From NCBI RefSeq assembly GCF_004010195.1, contig NC_057740.1, positions 21,534,167 through 21,598,166 on the forward strand: a stretch of 64,000 bases of DNA, in the 5' to 3' direction. How positions within the stretch are numbered: the stretch's first letter is position 1; every line of letters begins with the position of its first letter. The translations under genes were made by a program, and so were the position numbers. The stretch is from Chiloscyllium plagiosum. Lineage: Eukaryota. The notes below the pieces were generated by a model that searched no databases, was not told the DNA's origin, and saw nothing but the letters and a program-made list of their open reading frames with translations. Shown here piece by piece: positions 14,611-25,741 of this stretch.

Positions 14611-14649
14611 CTATCCTCAGGCAATAGTTCAATGTCCTGTTTCACACAC
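14611..14649 (-). CDS. SMIM24: SMIM24-like duplicated exon, copy B (39 nt, phase 2-2) CVKQDIELLPED
   Basis: ttattttttatag acceptor, AG|gtaggt donor, open in frame, at the same position within the repeat unit. Confidence 0.6.
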
Positions 14650-15853
14650 CTATAAAAAATAACACTTGGGTCAATACAACACAACAGTCCTTCCAATGCT
14701 GTCTAAATACATTATTAAGGATTATATTGCAGATCTTACACCCATTGATTTTTTTAATCTCAGGATATGGCAGCATTAACAAGCCTACATCCAATATTTA
14801 ATACAATTTACCTGGGTAATAGCTAAAAACAATGAAACATATATTAGACTAAACTTCCTATCGAACACTTTAATCCCAAATTTCAATCAAGATCAAAGCC
14901 TATGTTGTATGAATTGCTAACTATGGGAATAGAAATGGGAAGGACTCCATTCCACACTGAGATTTTGTCCCATTTTGTAACAATTCTAGGGGAGAATAAA
15001 TGACAAAACTCGTCATTCCACTGTCTTGCTACATCTAGGCACACTTACTAACAATACCTAGCCTGCTCACTTACAGACTGTGAGCTGATTTTTGTTATTC
15101 CTACAGTACTCCATAAAGACTCCTAACCCATCCAGATTATGATGATTAATCATCAGTTTCACTGGTAGCTGAGTTACTGCAGAATTACCTCATCATTGTC
15201 GGTCCTTCACCAGCATCCTTTCTTCCATCAGTTTCGTTCATGCACTTCAAATCAGCCTGTCCCCATAGATGTGGATAGCAATTTAATCATCATTGACCTG
15301 CTGTTTGGGGGCTATCATTTATTGAGGATCAATCTCATATGTTTTCGGGAGTTTTTGAGCTATCTATCCCTTCTAGAAATGGTTGGTTAGTTTATATGTC
15401 TTTCCCTTGACATCCTGCCCAAAGTCAAGTCCTTGACAATTATTTGCCAAACTACAGAAAAAACTGTTATTAATTTCCAGCATGGTTGTGGAGAATGGAG
15501 ATGGGCCCTGAACTTTGGGTGACTAATTAGCTTCTGCCACCCTGTGCCAACATCTAGTGAGCTTCAGTAAGGGGAACGTGGCTTTGAGAGCAAATTAAAT
15601 GTCACCACCTCTTGAGTGAGAGCACATTTGAATGATACTGAGTATAAACATTGCATTTCTGACTGGTCTAGCATTGCATATAGAAGTCTCTTTAACACAA
15701 TAATACACCAATAGCTTAACTAAAACTTTAGTTTATTTATATTTTTGTTGTGATTTTACAAGAAATAGTAGAAATTGAATAAATCATTATTGTTCACTCA
15801 AAATAACAATTTGTGAAAAGAAATGAGTGTTTGTATGACAATGAAATACTTAC

Positions 15854-15901
15854 TCATCACCGCCAGAATGGTTATTGTCAGAGTCCCCTTGATTCTTATT
15901 C
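15854..15901 (-). CDS. SMIM24: SMIM24-like duplicated exon, copy C (48 nt, phase 2-2) NKNQGDSDNNHSGGD
   Basis: ttactttttgtag acceptor, GA|gtaagt donor, open in frame. Confidence 0.65.
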
Positions 15902-16277
15902 CTACAAAAAGTAACACTTGGATCAATACAGCCCATAACAGTCCTTCTACCAGTGTCTAGGATACATTGTTAAGAACTGTATCACAGATCTTGCGACCAT
16001 TAATTTTCTTTTGCTCTCAGGATATAGCAGCATTAGCAGCTTGCCTCCAAGACTCATTCGCCTTGTAATTCTTTCTCCAATGGATTTACGTACCAGGACA
16101 CTTCAGGAGGCATGAAGGAACATTGTGATATTGGAGTCACATTTTTGTCAGAAGAGGTCCGGGTAGATTTCTTTCCTGAAGGACTTGTTGATCCAGTAGG
16201 ATCTTTACAAAAATCCACCAGCTTTCATAATCATTTTTTCCACTACTAGACTATAACCAAGCTGTTATTATTAAATG

Positions 16278-16552
16278 GATGGTACGATGGCTCAGTAGTT
16301 AGCACTGCTGTCTCACAGCACCAAGGACTTGAGCAACTGTCTGTGTGGCGTTTGCACATTCTCTCTGTGTCTGCATGGGTTTCCTCCTACAGTGCAAAGA
16401 TATGCAGAGTAAATGGGATATCTATGGGAAATGAAGGATTACAGGGATACAGTGGGGGCTGTATCTGGGTGCGATGCTCTTCAGAAGGTTGGTGTGGACT
16501 CAATGGGCCAAGTGACCTGCTTCCACGCTGTAGGGATTCTATGATTCTATGA
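16278..16552 (+). mobile_element. HE1/V-SINE-type tRNA-derived SINE (internally deleted)
   Basis: tggctcagtagttagcactgctg head, tgtgtggcgtttgcacattctc core, gattctat tail. Confidence 0.8.
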
Positions 16553-16671
16553 AATGAAGGTCCATTTAGGTATTAACATTGAACATCTTCATTTGCATCT
16601 CAGGCAGATTGCCCATTCAGATCTAATCAATCGAATTTTAAAAAGTGATGTTCGTCTACAAGATTAATCTT

Positions 16672-17192
16672 TCAGTGTTGAAACAGGCCCTTTGGCCTAA
16701 CAGGTCCACACCGACCCCCCCCTCAAAGAGTAGGAAATGTGTTGCTGGAAAAGCGCAGCAGGTCAGGCAGCATCTAGGGAACAGGAGATTCGACGTTTCG
16801 GGCATTAGCCCTTCTTCCTGAAGAAGGGCTAATGCCCGAAACGTCGATTCTCCTGTTCCCTAGATGCTGCCTGACCTGCTGCGCTTTTCCAGCAACACAT
16901 TTCCATCTCTGATCTCCAGCATCTGCAGACCTCACTTTCTCCCCCCAAAGAGTAACCCATTCCCCCTACCTGATACTTACCTCTGTCTAATGCACCTAAC
17001 CTATACATCCCTGAACACTATGGACAATTTTGCACAGCCAATTCACCTAACCTGCACATTTTCAGACTGTGGGAAGAAACCCACGCAGACACGGGGAGAA
17101 CGTGCAAACTCCAAACAGACAGTTGCCCAAGGATAGAATCAAACCCGGGTCCCCACTGCCATAAGGCAACAGTGCTAATCACTGAGCCACCA
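16672..17192 (-). mobile_element. HE1/V-SINE-type SINE with nested Penelope-like palindrome
   Basis: Reverse-complement SINE head and core at 17040-17190 and tail at 16680-16730, split by an insertion. Confidence 0.8.
16733..16945. mobile_element. Penelope-like terminal fragment forming a palindrome, with hammerhead core
   Basis: 85-bp inverted arms 16733-16817 and 16820-16904; CTGAAGA-AGGGC-TAAT-GCCC-GAAAC-GTC at 16818-16845; caaagagta target duplication. Confidence 0.8.
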
Positions 17193-18057
17193 ATATTGGA
17201 ATCCATGAAAATATTTTATTGTCATGGACATGTATTCAATACTTAGATTTGGGTCACCCTTCCCAACCTGCAGGATATGAACAGTGCAAGTTCATGATCG
17301 TAGCTTTTAAAAAATGAACTGTTGTGGGTTGGGTTCTCTTTGTCACAATGACCTTCTTATATATTGAGGTTAAGGTGCTAGTAATGGTACAGCACAGCCA
17401 TTATTCTTACCTTCTCTTGCAAACATGATTTGCCCAATTTGCCTACCACAGTTCATTGTTTCTATTTATAACGAGTCACATGTAGAATTCTGTCATACAA
17501 AATGTCACAGGTTCAATTTTGAGAGGCACCTCTTACATAAAAGGGAGACACAGGTATATAAATTAAATGGAGAGATGGTCAAATTAGATTTAGAAAGAAT
17601 AAAATGTAGGCTAGGAAGCAACAAATGTATTGTGAAAGAGCAACAAAGAGAAAACAAAAATGGGACACATCACTGAGATTAGGAAAGGGCATGCAGAATG
17701 TGTAAAATTGCAGAAAGCTCTTAGTAAAAATTAAAAACAAGCAGCTGAAAGCATGCTTTGAAAATATCTCCATCATCAAAAAACTGAGGAAGCAAGAGTT
17801 TGTCAGCTGTTCTTTTTAAAGAACTACCTTTTTTCACACAAAGGAAGTTTGGACTCTTTTTAAGTTATATTTCTTTATTTTACCCTAAGTTAACGTAAAT
17901 GGCACTCATATACAGTGACAGTACACAGTTTTCACAATATTTTATACTGAATACATATGACAGTAAATTTCTCTCTCGAAATCTCCATTTCAATTCATAC
18001 TGATTTTTGACATTTGATAAAAAGACATAAATATTTGGTATAGCTCCACTGACTTAC

Positions 18058-18178
18058 TTTGTACAAAAAATCCTGTTCATTATCAACAGGACAAAGACGA
18101 TGAAAATGAACACAGTGACGGCAGTGAGTCCAATTAGCCAAGGCTGCCAGGCTCCACTGGAGGTTGTTTTTGCTGCGC
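18058..18178 (-). CDS. SMIM24: SMIM24-like exon 2 (transmembrane) AAKTTSSGAWQPWLIGLTAVTVFIFIVFVLLIMNRIFCT
   Basis: QPWLIGL-TM-NR.xC signature of the MAP17/SMIM24 family; ctttcaaag acceptor, AA|gtaagt donor. Confidence 0.9.
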
Positions 18179-20559
18179 CTTTGAAAGAAGAAGTTAGAAA
18201 TAGTTCAAGATACTTGTTTATAGAGTAAGAAATATCCTGACAAACAAATGTTCAATTTTACATTTTCTGTCTTGTTGCACTCAAAAGCTTAAATCTTGGG
18301 CGCATGACTCTAGATATGTCTGGGGATGCCAGAGAAATTCTGATGCACTGGCCTTCATGGGAACTATCCCAGAAGTTTCCATTCCTGACTCAGAGACTTA
18401 GGACAGTTCTTACCTGAACAGTTACCAGCTAGTGTTAGACACAAACGTCCTGGTCTAAGTCCTGAGTAATACGCAGCTGACCCCAAAACACTTACACTGA
18501 CCCCCTGATTTTCCCTTTGACTCCATGACTATACCCTCCCTGACCTTTGAGTATATCCCCTGACTAAACCCCCTCCACTACACATCACTGCCGACCTCTT
18601 AGCTCCCTGTTCCAAACTGACTTCTCCCTTGTTGATATTACCCCCAGGCTTTCTGTTTAACTTTTCCCCTCAACCAGACCTTTAGCCCCAATATGATGAC
18701 CCAACTACCCATTTCACCCAATTGTCACCTTACTTGCCCATCACCTTACCCATCTAAAACCCTGCCCACTTAACTTACCCACCTCCCTGTACCACCATCT
18801 TACCCATTCACTCATCCATCCAATTACTATTCTTTAACATTCAGTTTGGATCTTTCAAGTTGCACAATAGCAGCTAGTGCTGTAAGAGGGGGGGATGGCT
18901 GTCTTGCCTTCCTCAAGACACTACAGTGCTGCAATACAGTTCTTTAAGGGACATCGTACTGGGCTCAAAGGACCCAACAAAGCAATAGTTAGGCAGACGA
19001 AAGCTTGGCAATCAGACAACAATTACCACTTCGTGAAGGATCTGGGCAATACATAGAAAATAGGAGCAGGAGTAAGTCATTCAGCCCTTCAAGTCTGCTC
19101 CATCATTTATTATGACTATGGTTGATCATCCTACTCAATATCCTGTTCCTGCTTGCCCCCCATATCTTTTGATCCTTTTAGCCCCAAGTGCTATATCCAA
19201 CTCCTACTTGAAATCGTATAGTTTTAGCTTATGTTGAATATCATTTTAGTGCATTATATACTTCAAACCATATAGAGTATATGTTGCCTGGTTAAGTAAC
19301 ATGATACAAGCTGTGCAGATCTAATTCAAGCAGGTAAGGACAAACTATATGCGCGAGATTATGTGTAAGTTTCATGATGAAAGAAAATATGTACAGATTT
19401 TGGAAATCTGAAATAAAAATTGAAAATACGAGAAATGCACAACAGATTTGAAAGAACTGCAGATTTTGTGATGACTAGAGGTTTCCCAGTTCCTTACAGC
19501 AATAAAAAGGATAGCCCGACTGCTCAGCTCCCAGGGGAGGGAGGATGAATTGGCTGTCCTTCTTTATTCACCCACCCCCTCAATTGGTTGCAACAAAATT
19601 ACTTGAGAAAGACTTCTTTGCCTTCTATATGTTTTGCACCCAGACCCAAAAGAATTTATGTTTTAGCCAGTTTAATCAGGCTTTCTTGATTTAACAAAGC
19701 AAGTGAGTTTTTTTAATTACTAAACATGAGAAAAAAATGGTAATGCTAATATATACGCAAATTAGAAATAACAGGTAAGTCCAAAAAGATAAAAGGCTTT
19801 TAAAATATATATGGATCATTCTCTGAATTGTTTGGATAGAACAGATAGTTGAATGTTGTAGCCTTTATGAGGGATGGTTAACAGCAGTGTTGAAGTTGAC
19901 AGTTGAACAGACACTGTTTGAGATTCCTGGCTTTGTAAACTGAATGAATTTCTGATACCTTTGGGCCCATGGTTTAATTCCAGCTTTCAGGGTGTGATGC
20001 TATTTCTTTTTTAACTATTATGCAGCACTCGGCATTACAGAAGGGCTTTTACCTGTAAAACAGGGATAAATAGGGGAATAGTTCTTTGACCACGAGTATC
20101 ATAGCACACTAACACATACCCAGGTTGGTGCACTGCAGAGTATTCACTCTCATCAGTCCACTCCAATAAAATTGAAACTAGCTCGTTAGCCCTATCTGCT
20201 TCAAAAATATGTGTTTACAGTTTGAGATGTAATCTGCAGAGAGTATGTTGTTACTAAGCAGGCCTTGGTTATCTTTATAGTCACAACTGATCACAGTCCA
20301 ATTTGTTGGAAGTTGCTTTAACACCTTTAGGCAGTTACATGGCAGATTTTTTTTTACGAAAACCAACAGTGGTTATCTGGTCACCATTAGACTAGCTCCT
20401 TATTTGAGAGCTTTTTAAAATTTATCTGAAATGGTGGGATTCAAGCCCTTATCCCCAGAATACTGATGGTAATAATCTCTAGATAACTAGTACCAGTGAC
20501 ATTTACACCATGAGTTTGGAGATCAGAGGCAGATTTTTGTGGGTCAAGAAGTGTGTTAG

Positions 20560-21030
20560 AATTCCACGGAATTCTCCAACCTGCTCATGTAACCATAACA
20601 TTTAAATGACTGTTCCATCTAAAATTCTGACTAATATTGATCACCCAGGGTGTTGATAGTCGGGAATTCAGCCATGTTTATGCCATTGAACAAAAAAGGG
20701 AGATGCTTAGATTCTCTCTTGCTGGAGAATTTCATTGACGGGAACCATTTTGGAGGGAATATTACTTGCCACATGTTGGTCCGTGCCTGAACATTTTCCA
20801 ATGTTTCTGTAGAAAGGTACACACTGCTGATGTGTTTGCGAAGTTGTGAATGTCCTGGACACTGTGTAGTTCAACTTTACTGGAGTGGACTAATGAGAGT
20901 GAATGCTTTGGAGTGTACCAGCCTGGCATTAGCAAGCATTCCTACAGCTGAGCTTATGATGTATGGAAGATAATTGAAGAAGCAGTTGAAGATGGTTTGG
21001 TCTGGGATGCTATCCTGAAGAGCTAGGGCT
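20560..21030 (-). mobile_element. CR1/L2-clade LINE fragment
   Basis: Similar to 3250-3860 (ORF 20631..20822 WQVIF...INTLG). Confidence 0.55.
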
Positions 21031-22192
21031 CTCAAGGCATAATGTACTGTCCCTGCCTCTGGTCTACCACTTGCTGAACTGCATTTCTACCACTTGCTGA
21101 ACAGAAGTACAAGTGATAAAAGTGTTGTCTTTATTCATGTCATTGGCCAAAACTACAGTATGCAGGTTAAGTATTTCCGGTGGTTATTATTTATGCAGAC
21201 TTTGCCCATTGATTTGTATATAATGGGGGAAACAACAAAGTTATTTGGCTAGGTTTAGCTAGGTAGTGTTAAACTAGAGAATTGCTGAAAAGGAAGACAA
21301 GTTGCTGAAGCTTTTCACTTTGCGCACATCAGGACAAACCCAGCAGTGCCAAATTCCAAATAATTACAAACTTTTATATTAAGGGGTAAAAGTATGACAA
21401 GTTGATTCTGAATTTGCCACAATGTTGTAATGGAGAAAGTAACCGGGAATTCTATACTCCATTTTAGAATTGCCTGGGAGCTGAGAGACTGTTGAGATTG
21501 AGAAACCTGTACTAACACCCCTTTACCAGCACTATTCCTTCATATTACCTGTTGCCTCAGAACAGATATAGCTGTTAATATTAATACAAAATAAATAGTG
21601 ATAAACCAAATAAAACTAATTACATAGAATGATTCAACTTTACCTTGGCTAAAACATCACTCATAAATTATTTACAAGACTAAAAGTGAGGCCTCTTGGT
21701 TCCAGATTTTATGAAGGCAGCACTATTGGTATCAGCATCGATCGATGTAAGCCAATTTGCCCATTTTAATCGAGAAAATTCATCTATTCTTGCTTCATTA
21801 AGTTACCAGCGATAGTAGTTGGTAAATCATAACTGGATCATTAGCATAATTATGTATGCTCCCAAAAAACATTCAGAAGTTTTCTTTAAAGATGGCATTT
21901 TTCTATTTTGTTCATTACCAGCTTCTTCCATTTGGGATAGCTAATCAGCATAAATGGAGAGAGGAAGATTGTGATATTAGAAAATTGTTGCTATATACAA
22001 CACATATTTATAAAATGCAATTATGGCTGACATTGATCAACCTCCGGAATAAAGAAACAAATTTCATGTTAATTTTATGTTCAGATGGGTTACATTCCAA
22101 ATAATAAATATTAGTTTTACAAATTGCTCTATTTTTTTATTCATGGGTTGTAATTGACCTTGCCAGAGCCAACATTTATTGCTTTGGAGACA

Positions 22193-22300
22193 CCAGTGTT
22201 GGACTGGGGTGTACAAAGTTAAAAATCACACAACACCAGGTTATAGTCCAACAGGTTTATTTGGAAGTACTAGCTTTCAGAGTTCCTTCATCAGGTGATT
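22193..22300 (-). mobile_element. Penelope-like terminal fragment with degenerate hammerhead core
   Basis: Minus strand reads cac-CTGATGA-aggaactct-GAAAG-CTA-gta followed by aataaacc. Confidence 0.55.
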
Positions 22301-23451
22301 GACGCAGACTTCACTTCCAAATGAGCACCCTACCAGAATGACAGTTGAATGCGTATCACCATGTAGGAAAAGAAGACCTGCTAAGTACAGTTAATAGGTC
22401 CTTCAACAGCAGGACATCACCTGGGCTGGAGCAGAAAAGATTGTGACGGAGCAGGCCGAGTGGCAGAGATTTGCTGCCCATTGTCCCACAGTTGGGTGAG
22501 AGGGATTAAATCTAAAGTAAGCAATAAGGCTAAAACAAGACATAGTTGTGCCCAACCAGCCTTGGGAAAACTTTGCCTACTGCAAAGTGACTATAGCTTT
22601 AAAGACCACTCTTTGTGAGGTAAGAGGAAGGTGTTTGTATAATCAAACACTATCAATTTTTCAGATGACAGTGCTGCCACCATGTGGTATTCTGGTTTGG
22701 GTAGTTCCTCCTTTCTCTTGCTAAATCTAGGACGTGTCTAATTGTAAGTGGTAAGGCATATATAACAAGGTACTTTATTGTATGATAGCGGTAGGCATGG
22801 TTTGTATTAACCTGCTAGGAATAATTACAAAGGAATTTCAGGAGCTGTAAAGGATACATCTGTTCCCTTTGGGTACATGTGCATACTTCAAATGGCTACT
22901 ACAAGGACTGTATGATTTGAATAGATCAGAGCAGAATGTAACATGAACAATAACTTATTCAGAACCATTACCTTTACAACAGATCGCTCCTATCAACTGT
23001 CCCCTTAACCCTATAATGTGATCCACTCAGCACAGGATCACAACTTCTCTTCTGGGGATACCTTTCCAATAAGCCATTATTTTTGTACCTACACAGAGAT
23101 AATGAAATATGCATACCCAAAAGGATGGAATTTTCCCCACCTTGGTGTAGCATAAGTAATGATGGGAAATGTGGGAAAATATGGTGAGAACGAACAGATT
23201 GGATTCTTGGCATTGATAACATTTTGCAGGTCTTGCCCTCAACCCATAAATGACAATGTCAGAATCTGGCCAACCAGCAGTAAATATCTTATTTCCATGC
23301 ATTTGCATTTCGTTAAAAGACTTATTCATATGCCACTTCCAATTCTCTTCTCGTTCACTGAGAAACCAGATGGTACACATTTCTGACATGTAAATCAGAG
23401 CAGCTTGCAACCACCATGTAACTGCTTCTTCAGAACAATGTCTCTCGTTTG

Positions 23452-24075
23452 GTATGCTTTCCTTTATTGGTCAGAGTATTGAGTACTGGAGTTGGGAGGT
23501 CATGTTCTGGCCGACAGGACATTGGTTAGGCTGTTGGAATATTACGTGCAATTCTGGTCTCCTTCCTGACAGAAAGATGTTGTGAAACTTGAAAGGGTTC
23601 AGAAAAGATTTACAAGGATGTTGCCAGGGTTGGAGGATTTGAGCGACAGGGAGAGGCTGAACAGGCTGGGGCTGTTTTCCCTGGACCGTCGGAGGCTGAG
23701 GGGTGACCTTATAGAGGTTTACAAAATTGAGGGGTATGGATAGGATAAATAGACAAAGTCTTTTCCCTGGGATCCGGGAGTGCAGAACTAGAGGGCATAG
23801 GTTTAGGGTGATAGGGGAAAGATATAAAAGAGACCTAAGGGGCAACTTTTTCATGCAGAAGGTGGTACGTGTATGGAATGAGCTTCCAGAGGAAGTGGTG
23901 GAGGCTGGTACAATTGCAACATTTAAGAGGCATTTGGATGGGTATATGAATAGGAAGGGTTTGGAGGGATATGCACCGGGTGCTGGCAGGTGGGACTAGA
24001 TTGAATTGGGATATCTGGTCGGCGTGGACAGGTTGGACCAAAGAGTCTGTTTCCATGCTGTACATCTCTATGACT
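23452..24075 (+). mobile_element. CR1 LINE 3' end (young)
   Basis: LEYYVQFWSP, LRGDLIEVYK and MRGMDR...RTRGHRF...RVWNELPEEVVEAGTI; ctctatgact tail. Confidence 0.92.
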
Positions 24076-24714
24076 ATGTATGCTACACTGTCACCTATCA
24101 CAACATCCGATCCTGCAGCATGTGCCAGCCATTCATGCGGCAAAAAATTTGCTTGTGCTTCAAGCAAATGCCATTTGTGAATGTCGAAGAGGAGAATTGT
24201 TCAATAGGGCCAATGGTTACTACAGTTAGTAATGAGCCATCTCCATGTTCAGTCAAGAGACTCATCCAATTGCACTACAAGGGATTGGTCACTATCATTC
24301 AGGTACCTACAACAGCCTGAGGATCCATGCCCTTGCAATTCAGGGATTGGGCCACAGCCAGTTCTGTAGTCTAGGGATTACAGGTGGGTCAGTCTGGGTG
24401 GGGGGGGCAATATTTCCTGCAAAGAGATAAAACAAATGATTAAGTTTAATGGAAGTGAATGAAAGATGGCTTAGTGGTGACAGCCAATCAGGAGATGTGA
24501 TGAGGTGTCCCCACTGAGTGAGGAGAAAGTGCAGAGGGCAGGAAGAGTGAATAGTTTGAAAAGATGTGTTGGATGAAAGCCATTGAACAGATATCATACA
24601 TGCAATGCAAAGTTGTCATCCGTGAGTATTTGTGAGATGTGTGTACATGGGTCGATTTAGAGTGAGTGGTGGCTCTGCGAGTGAGAGGCAGCAAGAAACT
24701 ATGTTAACACTTAC

Positions 24715-24950
24715 TTTTGTGAAGCACAGACAATCTTTACTCTTCCTTTGACACTGCTGGATATTCATTTTCATCCATGGCACAACATTAACCTGGGCTA
24801 CAATCTGTATCCAGGCTGGCCTGGTCTGCTGGCAGGGTCTCCTGCAGTATTCAACCAGAAAAAGGACTGCCCTATCTCCATTACCCTATTCACTAACACA
24901 TCCAGGTCCCTGTTTACAAAGCAGTGAGCAACCTTTCCTTTCCTCTTGTA
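24715..24950 (-). pseudogene. Decayed Harbinger Myb/SANT-like DNA-binding protein exon
   Basis: KRKGKVAHCFVNRDLDVLVNRVME, one frameshift, then RAVLFLVEYCRRPCQQTRPAWIQIVAQVNVV...NIQQCQRKSKDCL, ending at a gtaagt donor; fits the trihelix pattern F...L..V....LF...AW..I...VN....QC.K..D. Confidence 0.65.
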
Positions 24951-25680
24951 TTTGTTGGGTAATAGCCATCGGTGTGAGGATCAGTTCTCACCACGCAACA
25001 TCCGAAGTGGTATACGCTCATTTTTAAATATGGCAATGGAGGCAAGAAAGACAAAAGATCCCAACAGTTGTGAATGATTCCACCTCTCCTGCCGTTTCCC
25101 CAAAGAAGGCGCCCAAGAGCTCAGTTATGTAATTAATGAGGTGAAGAGGGGAAGCTTGCATGAGAGAAGTTGCGCAGTGGACCCAGTGCCGTGAATCTCA
25201 CTTGACAAAACACTTTAAATGCAAATGAAAAAAATTCTACCCATAATAACCAAACACACGATAAGATCCTAGTTCCTTGCAGCAATCAACCGACTAAACA
25301 CAAACTGTGACATTAATAACACACAAACACACAAGTACCGCAAGCTATCTCAATTATTGATGGTACAAAGTTTCAAGCAGTATCGCTGCAAATGGAGTGG
25401 AAATGGGTTAGCTTTGTTAGTCTCCAGTGTACAAATGTTCAACACAATAGCCTTTTATTATTCTGACATCTGAAATGTTTCAGCAAGATTCATTCCCCAA
25501 ATCCATCTTTCATTTTAGTAAACTAGAGAAAAGCAGCCTGCAGCAGATTAGACCAAGCCAACAGTTGGTTTCACTTTAAAAGACGTTGGATTGCAGCTAA
25601 CATGATGTTTGAGATCTCATATTGTATCTTTTCCTCTTTTTCAAGTGGAGTGTACAAACAAATGATAAGACAACACTTAC

Positions 25681-25741
25681 CAGCCTGTGCATTTAAGTAA
25701 AGTAAAAGTAAAGCAATGAGGACTCGGCAATGAAAAGCCAT
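25681..25741 (-). CDS. SMIM24: SMIM24-like exon 1 (signal peptide) MAFHCRVLIALLLLYLNAQA
   Basis: aaaATGG Kozak context, hydrophobic signal peptide ending A-Q-A, G|gtaagt phase 1 donor matching exon 2. Confidence 0.8.

Larger units (their letters stand above)
12275..16040. repeat. Tandem triplication of a ~1.25-1.28 kb unit, each unit carrying one exon
   Basis: Anchor gctaaaaacaatgaa at 12296, 13576 and 14822; anchor caggatat(g/a)gcagcatta at ~13516, 14761 and 16018. Confidence 0.95.
23123..25242. mobile_element. Fossil PIF/Harbinger DNA transposon (with CR1 insertion) in SMIM24 intron 1
   Basis: Imperfect TIRs ggatggaatttt (23123) and aaaattctaccc (25231-25242) match at 10/12 positions; encloses a decayed Myb/SANT exon. 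Confidence 0.55.

Noticed and set aside
12275-16040. Tandem repeat read as satellite or CRISPR-like array
   Set aside because: Kilobase-size diverged units containing spliceosomal exons in vertebrate DNA; no repeat-spacer structure.
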